Under the pieces are notes generated by a model. That model did not search any database and was not told the DNA's origin. It was given only the letters and a program-made list of their open reading frames with translations. DNA of 12,990 nt from Archangiaceae bacterium (GTDB taxonomy: Bacteria; Myxococcota; Myxococcia; Myxococcales; Myxococcaceae): NCBI GenBank assembly GCA_043750125.1, contig JAYVCD010000246.1:1-12990 (forward strand). The letters run 5' to 3'. Made by a program: the position numbers and the translations under genes. This document shows, piece by piece, positions 7,728-12,990 of the stretch (position 1 is the stretch's first letter; every line of letters starts with the position of its first letter).

Positions 7728-8639
7728 TTAGAGCGAGAACGTCGGGTCGCAGGCGAAGACGGGGCAAGCGAACTGGCCGCCGCTCCACTGCTGCAGCTCG
7801 TACCCTTCCGAGCAAGCCGGGAGGAATTGAGCGCAGAGCCCCGGAGTCACGCAGGTGAAGCTGGGAAGAACGCAGCGGTCTTCGTTGCGCTCGAAGGTGC
7901 GCACCAGACCGCTGGCGCAGGGCGGCATTTTCACCAGCGGGCAAGGACCGGGTTGCTCGGGCAAACGGACGAACACCTGGCTGGCTGAGAGGACCTTCTC
8001 GTAGGTGCCCGAGATGAAGGCCCCGTTGACGAACGCGCCGGTGACGATCGCGTTGTGCTCGGCGACGCGGTTCTTCAGCCAGGTCTGATCAACCCGGGTC
8101 AGCGCCGCATCGGTGACGCTCACCTGATCGATCATCGTCGCGCCGCCGCCATTGAGCCGGGTGACCTTCATCGTGGGGCACGGCGCTTTGAAGCACTGAA
8201 TGTTGATGCTCTCGACCTTGAAGAACGGCTGGCCGGCAAGCGCGGTGACGCCCGGCATTCCACGGAAGCCGTCGGTGACGACGAAGGGCCGGGTCTTGAA
8301 CTGGGTTTCAGCTGCGCCGAGTTTGCCGCGGAGGATGACCTGGCCGACTGCGCCCTGGAGCACCTTGGTGACGGTCGCATCGTCGAGGCCGGACTTCGAA
8401 AAATCGAGCTCGTTGACGTATCGGGGAATGGGGTCGACGCGATTGACATCGGTCACCCACCAGCCGCCGCACATCGGCGAGAGGCATCGGCGGGCATCGC
8501 GAGCAAACGTCACGTACGTCCGCGAGGTGGTCGAAAGCTCGGCGCCATCGGTCTCGAGTTGATCGGGTTCGGTCACGACCGGCTGCGAAACTCCACATCC
8601 CATCAGCATCAGTACAGCTACCGTCGTTGCGCTTTTCAT
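7728..8639 (-). CDS. Cys-rich lipoprotein, DUF6748-like
   Basis: ATG at 8639 after AGGGGA. Lipoprotein signal MKSATTVAVLMLMGC. Motifs RDARRCLSPMCGGWWV and IQCFKAPCP, plus a Cys-rich C-terminal tail. The DUF6748 assignment is from memory. Confidence 0.75.
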   Translation of the reverse strand: MKSATTVAVLMLMGCGVSQPVVTEPDQLETDGAELSTTSRTYVTFARDARRCLSPMCGGWWVTDVNRVDPIPRYVNELDFSKSGLDDATVTKVLQGAVGQVILRGKLGAAETQFKTRPFVVTDGFRGMPGVTALAGQPFFKVESINIQCFKAPCPTMKVTRLNGGGATMIDQVSVTDAALTRVDQTWLKNRVAEHNAIVTGAFVNGAFISGTYEKVLSASQVFVRLPEQPGPCPLVKMPPCASGLVRTFERNEDRCVLPSFTCVTPGLCAQFLPACSEGYELQQWSGGQFACPVFACDPTFSL

Positions 8640-8732
8640 GGTTTCCCCTAATGAGCCTGAGGTGGGCGCAAGTACCACCCTGTCGCACATCTTGTCCAAT
8701 CCGATCGGCCCCGCATGGCCAACCCCCGGGCA

Positions 8733-8866
8733 TCAGGCGCAAATTCGGATCACGGTCTGCCCCTGCGCGTGCCCTTCCCCGACCTGGCGAAGTGCCTGGC
8801 TCACCTGGCTGAGCGGAAAACGCCGCTCGGGGTGGAGCTGAGGCGGACCTGTTCGACGGCGTTCAT
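8733..8866 (-). pseudogene. Remnant of an MDR-family NAD(P)-dependent alcohol dehydrogenase/oxidoreductase (start fused out of frame to C-terminus)
   Basis: RBS GAAGGA and ATG at 8866 (MNAVEQVR). A different frame reads ERRFPLSQVSQALRQVGEGHAQGQTVIRICA*, matching the MDR C-terminal consensus (DRxFPLxxxxxAxxxxxxGHAxGKxVI). Span is 134 bp, not a multiple of 3. Not in the supplied ORF track. Confidence 0.75.
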
Positions 8867-8885
8867 GGCTTTCCTTCGGCTAAGT

Positions 8886-8900
8886 ACTTACGCCGTAAGT
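8886..8900. promoter_or_regulatory. Putative TetR operator 1 (perfect palindrome)
   Basis: ACTTACG-C-CGTAAGT, a perfect 7-1-7 inverted repeat between divergent starts at 8866 (-) and 8946/8970 (+). Confidence 0.8.
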
Positions 8901-8930
8901 CAAACGCGACTGGCAACCTGGTCAAGCCTT

Positions 8931-8945
8931 ACTTACGGTGTACGT
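8931..8945. promoter_or_regulatory. Putative TetR operator 2 (imperfect copy)
   Basis: ACTTACG-G-TGTACGT. Left arm identical to operator 1, right arm has 2 mismatches. Immediately upstream of the tetR start. Confidence 0.7.
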
Positions 8946-8969
8946 ATGGCTTCCAGGAAAGAGAAATCG

Positions 8970-9635
8970 ATGCCGGTAAAGACCCGCACCCCCAAAGGAG
9001 CCCGGCCGCCGTTGTCGCGCGACCGGTTGCTGAGCGCGGCGCTGCGAGTGGCCGACAAGGGGGGGATCGAGGCCCTCTCGATGCGCAACCTCGCGCAGGC
9101 GCTGAAGGTCGAGGCGATGTCGCTCTACAACCACGTCGAGGGCAAAGAGGACATCCTCAATGGCCTCGTGGAGCGGGTGGTCGGCGAAATCGAAATGCCC
9201 AAACCCAGTGGCGACTGGAAGACGGCGATGCGACAGCGCGCGCTCTCGGCCCACGCGGTCCTGACCCGACATTCCTGGGCGACGATGCTGTTCGTCTCTC
9301 GGGTCAACATCGGGCCCCAGATGCTGCGTTATGTGGACGAGACGATCGGGTGCCTGCGCAAAGGGGGCTTCTCGTACCCGCTGGCCGACCACGCCTGGAC
9401 CGCGCTCGATGGGTACATCTACGGGTTCACGCTGCAGAAACGAAATTTCCCGCTCGCGCCGTCCCAGTACTCGGCGATGGCGAAGCAATTTTTGCCGATG
9501 ATTCCGGTCGAGCAGTTTCCCTGGCTCAACGGAATGTCACAGGAGGTCATCGCCGGGCGGCACGACGGGGTGCACCAGCTGGAATTCGGCCTCGAGCTGC
9601 TCCTCGACGGGCTGGATCGAATGCGGCAGCAGTGA
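8970..9635 (+). CDS. TetR/AcrR family transcriptional regulator with TetR_C-type ligand domain
   Basis: LSRDRLLSAALRVADKGGIEALSMRNLAQALKVEAMSLYNHVEGKEDIL HTH, DWKTAM, LDGYIYGF and EFGLELLLDGL. Start is likely 8970 (after AGGAAAGAG) or 8946, not 8715. Confidence 0.93.
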   Translation: MPVKTRTPKGARPPLSRDRLLSAALRVADKGGIEALSMRNLAQALKVEAMSLYNHVEGKEDILNGLVERVVGEIEMPKPSGDWKTAMRQRALSAHAVLTRHSWATMLFVSRVNIGPQMLRYVDETIGCLRKGGFSYPLADHAWTALDGYIYGFTLQKRNFPLAPSQYSAMAKQFLPMIPVEQFPWLNGMSQEVIAGRHDGVHQLEFGLELLLDGLDRMRQQ

Positions 9636-9640
9636 CACGA

Positions 9641-11035
9641 CTACCGGTGGCGGGCGGGAGGCTTCTTCTGCAGCTTCTCGATCAGGGCGTTGATCGACGC
9701 GGCGTCCTCGGCATCGGGCACCGTCTTCAAGTAGAGCTTGAAGGCCTTGATCGCGGTCTTCTTGTCGCCCGAGACCATCAGCAACCGACCCAGCCCGCGG
9801 TACGCACCGACGTAACCGGGGTAGATCTTCAAGGCTGCGCGATAGGCCTTCAGTGCTCCCTTCTTGTCTCCGGCGGTCAGTCGGGCGTTTCCTTTTCGGT
9901 TGGCGTCTCGGGCCCGGGCCACTGCATCGGGGTCGGCTCCGGCCACGGCCGCCGCATCGGGGCCGGCATCGTATTCGAGCACGACAGGCTTGCCCGACAG
10001 CGTGGGCACCACTGCCGGCGGGGCCGGGATTTCGACCGGCGCGGGAGCAGGCGCAGGAGCGACGACCTCGACCGGCGGGGGAGGCACGGGAAGTTCCTGG
10101 ACGACGGAAGGCATCGGCGCGGAGGAACGACGCAACAACAGCACGAGCACCGTCAGCAAGAGGACGACCACCGGAGCGCCGGCAATCAGCATCGTCTTGC
10201 GCGAAAAGGGGAAGGGTCGCGTGGCCGGCGCGTGGATGAGCATCCGACGAGAAGGTCGGCTTGGTTTGGGCGAAGCAGGTTGGGGGAACTCGACGGAAAT
10301 CCGGGGAACGAGGCCGGTCGGCCCGTCATCAATCGGCACCGATGCCGCCGGCTCTTCGAGCGTCGTTTCCGGAAGCGTCGGCTGTGGGGGAGCCTCTTCG
10401 AAGACGACCGGCGGGGGGACGACGTTGAGCGGGCCAGCCGCGAGGGTCACCTCTTCTGCAGGCAGAGGAGCGCTGGGTGCGGAAGGTTTCGTTCGGGGCG
10501 GCGGGGCGGCGTAAGTGCCGAATGCCTGGGTTGCGGTGGGAATTCTCCTCGACCCCGAGGCAGACGCTTTGGGAAAGGCGCCGGTCGAAGTGCGTGGCAA
10601 CGGAGCGCCCATCGAGACGGGAGCCGGAGGAACACCGAAAGGAATACTCACCGAAGCGGTCGGCTCAACCGGGTCAGGCTTCGGAGCTTCGATCGCGGTC
10701 GAGTCGGACCAGGGAGTGAGCGACGAGCGCACCGGAGCAGAGGCCCGCGGTTTTGGAATCGGTGTGGAGAGGCGCGGAAGCGGGGCAGAGCTGCGCGGAA
10801 GGGGCGCGGGACCCGAGGGCGCTGCGGGCAACAGCGTCCCGACGCTGACCCAGGGCGCGAGGCTCGGCCCCGACGGGAGCGGCGGAACACTCGCACGCGT
10901 CGGCAGCGCGGCGCCGTTCTTCCAGGTCAGCGCCACCGAGCAGCCCGCGCAACGCAGCTGCGCCTCAGCAGGGCCGGCCACCACTTCCGCGGGCAGCGGC
11001 TCATTACACAACGGACACGAAGGCGTCGCGACCAA
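9641..11035 (-). CDS. Zinc-ribbon / Pro-rich linker / single TM / TPR protein
   Basis: N-terminal CPLC...CAGC, long Pro/Ser/Ala-rich region, TM segment (MLIAGAPVVVLLLTVLVLLL) and C-terminal TPR-like helices (GALKAYRAALKIYPGYVGAYRGLG; AIKAFKLYLKTVPDA). TTG start is uncertain. Confidence 0.8.
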   Translation of the reverse strand: MVATPSCPLCNEPLPAEVVAGPAEAQLRCAGCSVALTWKNGAALPTRASVPPLPSGPSLAPWVSVGTLLPAAPSGPAPLPRSSAPLPRLSTPIPKPRASAPVRSSLTPWSDSTAIEAPKPDPVEPTASVSIPFGVPPAPVSMGAPLPRTSTGAFPKASASGSRRIPTATQAFGTYAAPPPRTKPSAPSAPLPAEEVTLAAGPLNVVPPPVVFEEAPPQPTLPETTLEEPAASVPIDDGPTGLVPRISVEFPQPASPKPSRPSRRMLIHAPATRPFPFSRKTMLIAGAPVVVLLLTVLVLLLRRSSAPMPSVVQELPVPPPPVEVVAPAPAPAPVEIPAPPAVVPTLSGKPVVLEYDAGPDAAAVAGADPDAVARARDANRKGNARLTAGDKKGALKAYRAALKIYPGYVGAYRGLGRLLMVSGDKKTAIKAFKLYLKTVPDAEDAASINALIEKLQKKPPARHR

Positions 11036-11145
11036 GACGAGCGAACTTATCCGGCGAGGCGCGGGGACCCTAGATTCCGTTCGCCTTCGAAAGGACTACC
11101 GGGTGCCACAGGCCTGTGCGTCCTTTGGGGGTGCGCGCCTTCGAC

Positions 11146-11510
11146 CTAGTTCTTGGGTGCGCGCGATTCGGTCAACGGCTGGCCGCCCGCGGGAAGCGCC
11201 GCACCTTCCGGGGTTGCGTCCTTCAGGGCGTTGAGCCGGGCCTGCTCGCGAAGGAAGTCGACCGCTCCCACCCGGCGCATGGCTGCGACTGCGAAGTCAG
11301 GTGCGATGGCCGTCAACCAGTCGGCGATGCGCGCCAGGGACCGCGTTGTGCGGCACCGAGGTGACCCCGGCGACCGAGGACACACTCACGATGTGTCCGC
11401 TGCGTCGCGCGATCATCGACGGCACCACCAGGCGGGTGAGCCACACGGTGCCGGTGACGTTGACCCAGAGAATCGACTCGATCGTCTTGAACGAAGTGGC
11501 CTCGAAGTCC
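11146..11510 (-). pseudogene. SDR family oxidoreductase remnant
   Basis: 11339-11510 encodes DFEATSFKTIESILWVNVTGTVWLTRLVVPSMIARRSGHIVSVSSVAGVTSVPHNAV (SDR core). It then shifts frame into a GC3-rich tail, LARIADWLTAIAPDFAVAAMRRVG...KN*. No TGxxxGxG, NNAG or YxxxK motif. Confidence 0.8.
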
Positions 11511-11613
11511 GGTCGCCAGATCGACGAAGGTCCGCACCAGACCGAGATCGATTTTCCGATCGTGGCCGCGCGCAAGGGAGCCTGAGGCCGGGCTGGGTGC
11601 TAGGGACCTCGCC

Positions 11614-12042
11614 ATGTTCGAGCAACGGATCAAGGAAAGCTTCGCAAAGCAGAAATTCATGACCACCCTTGGCGCGCGGCTCACCCGGGTGGCGCTGGGC
11701 GAAGTCGAGATCGAGTTGCCCTTCCGCGAGGACCTCACCCAGCAGCATGGGTTTCTTCACGCCGCGGTCACCACCGGCATCGTGGACAGCGCCTGCGGCT
11801 ACGCGGCGTTGACCCGGATGCCGCCCGGAGCGGCGGTGCTGAGCGCTGAGTTCAAGATGAACCTGCTGGCTCCGGCGAAGGGTCAGCGGTTCATCGCCCG
11901 GGGTCGGGTGCTGAAGGCCGGACGCACGCTCAGCGTTTGTGCAGGGGACGTCTTCGCGGTCGACGCCGGGGTCGAAAAGCACGTGGCGACGATGCTCGCG
12001 ACGATGGTGGTGGTCGAAGGGCGCGAGGCGCTGACCGACTGA
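11614..12042 (+). CDS. PaaI family (hotdog-fold) thioesterase
   Basis: SFAKQKFMTTLGA, LTQQHGFLHAAV...IVDSACGYAA, LSAEFKMNLLAPA and GRVLKAGRTLSV. Confidence 0.92.
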   Translation: MFEQRIKESFAKQKFMTTLGARLTRVALGEVEIELPFREDLTQQHGFLHAAVTTGIVDSACGYAALTRMPPGAAVLSAEFKMNLLAPAKGQRFIARGRVLKAGRTLSVCAGDVFAVDAGVEKHVATMLATMVVVEGREALTD

Positions 12043-12068
12043 AGGCGGCAGGTGTACAAGGCCGCCCC

Positions 12069-12875
12069 ATGAGGCTGCTTCCGTTTCTGTTGTGGGCGTG
12101 CAGTTGTGCGAATTTCAGCCCGGTGACGATCGCGCGCGAGATGGGCACCCTCGGCTGGTTCGCGCTCGACGGCTCGAAGAAATGGCAGCCGGTCGACCGC
12201 TCGATGAGCTGTGCGGCGCTCACGCCCCTGGTCCCGGAAGGGGAAGTGCTCGTGCTGCTGCCCGGGGTCAAGGGCGACGGCGATGAGATCAGCGCATTGT
12301 TGCCTGCGTTGGTCCGGGCCAAACCGGCGGCGAGACTCCTGTACCGCTGGGTGCCCTGGGACGAACGCGAGGCCATCACCCGGGGTTTCGCCACCGGAAT
12401 CTTTCAGCTGCTGAGGTGCCGGCCCCAGATCGACGGGCGGCTTCTGTTGGTCGCCCACATCGCAGGAGGAATGGTGGTGAGCTTCGGCGCCACCCAGATC
12501 GACGTCCCGAAGAGAGAACGCACCGGCCCGGCGGCGTACCTGATGACGGTCGCGTCGCCGCTGGCGGGAATGAATGACCGCAAGCCGAACTCAGATGGCC
12601 ATCCTGAAGCGAGGTTCATGCTCGACTTTGGAACGCGCATCGCCGCGTACCCGCCCGCGCCGCCCGAGATAGCGGCCGTGCATCTGCGGACCCAAAACCC
12701 CGGAGACCAGGTGATGCAGCCGACTCCGCTCCACGAGCGCAATGATCCCAAAATCGGAATTCCGGGCGCTCGCCAAATCAATCTGCCTGCGAGCCTCACC
12801 CACGACGGCTCACTGCTGTACGTCGCGCAGAGGGTCGCCGATGGCACCTGGCGCGAGTGGTTCAGCCGGCCGTGA
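12069..12875 (+). CDS. Alpha/beta hydrolase-fold putative lipoprotein, nucleophile Ser replaced by Ile
   Basis: ATG at 12069 with signal/lipobox-like MRLLPFLLWACSC. Motifs VLVLLPGVKG, LLLVAHIAGG (cf. AHSxGG), MTVASPLAG, GDQVM and LTHDG follow the usual alpha/beta hydrolase order. Confidence 0.7.
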   Translation: MRLLPFLLWACSCANFSPVTIAREMGTLGWFALDGSKKWQPVDRSMSCAALTPLVPEGEVLVLLPGVKGDGDEISALLPALVRAKPAARLLYRWVPWDEREAITRGFATGIFQLLRCRPQIDGRLLLVAHIAGGMVVSFGATQIDVPKRERTGPAAYLMTVASPLAGMNDRKPNSDGHPEARFMLDFGTRIAAYPPAPPEIAAVHLRTQNPGDQVMQPTPLHERNDPKIGIPGARQINLPASLTHDGSLLYVAQRVADGTWREWFSRP

Positions 12876-12948
12876 CGGTCGTCGTGTCTGAGGGCCCTCG
12901 AGCTGTGGTCGCGCGACCGCTGCCCCTGAGGTTTCCCGGGCGGAAAGC

Positions 12949-12964
12949 TGGCGTGTGACTTGCT
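12949..12964 (+). promoter_or_regulatory. Sigma54 (-24/-12) promoter for a gene beyond the window
   Basis: TGGCGTG-TGAC-TTGCT matches TGGCRYR-N4-TTGCW with exact spacing. It lies in the intergenic region after the stop at 12875. Confidence 0.7.
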
Positions 12965-12990
12965 GTAGCAACGCGGGCCGCTTTCGAAAG

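Noticed and set aside
8715..8945. N-terminal extension of the TetR ORF
   Set aside because: It runs across the MDR remnant and both operators. The HTH begins after 8970, which has an RBS-like sequence.
9350..11149. 599-aa plus-strand ORF, and similar long ORFs at 1827..3233, 332..1330, 202..939, 4663..5637, 6102..6845 and 6894..7619
   Set aside because: Antisense or alternative-frame shadows of real GC-rich genes, mostly Arg/Gly/Pro-rich with no recognisable motifs.

Overview
GC-rich bacterial DNA whose gene set suggests Myxococcota (inference): B-box-like membrane protein, Cys-rich DUF6748-type lipoprotein, zinc-ribbon/Pro-rich/TPR protein, PG-binding + GH19 enzyme and a sigma54 promoter. 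Apparently intact genes are an RlmI-like methyltransferase (partial), a membrane protein, a YkgJ protein, a secreted hypothetical, a 4x peptidoglycan-binding/GH19 lysin, a lipoprotein, a TetR regulator, a TPR membrane protein and a PaaI thioesterase. The most striking feature is dense gene decay. A CocE/NonD hydrolase has probable internal deletions plus an in-frame TGA. A DUF1428 gene has lost its N-terminus next to an AT-rich repeat-bearing patch. An MDR dehydrogenase is reduced to a 134-bp start-to-end fusion beside its intact TetR and operators. An SDR is cut exactly before its catalytic YxxxK. An alpha/beta hydrolase has Ile in place of the nucleophile Ser. I see no CRISPR array, rRNA/tRNA, transposase or clearly new multi-gene system. 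All family calls come from motif recognition, not from searches.
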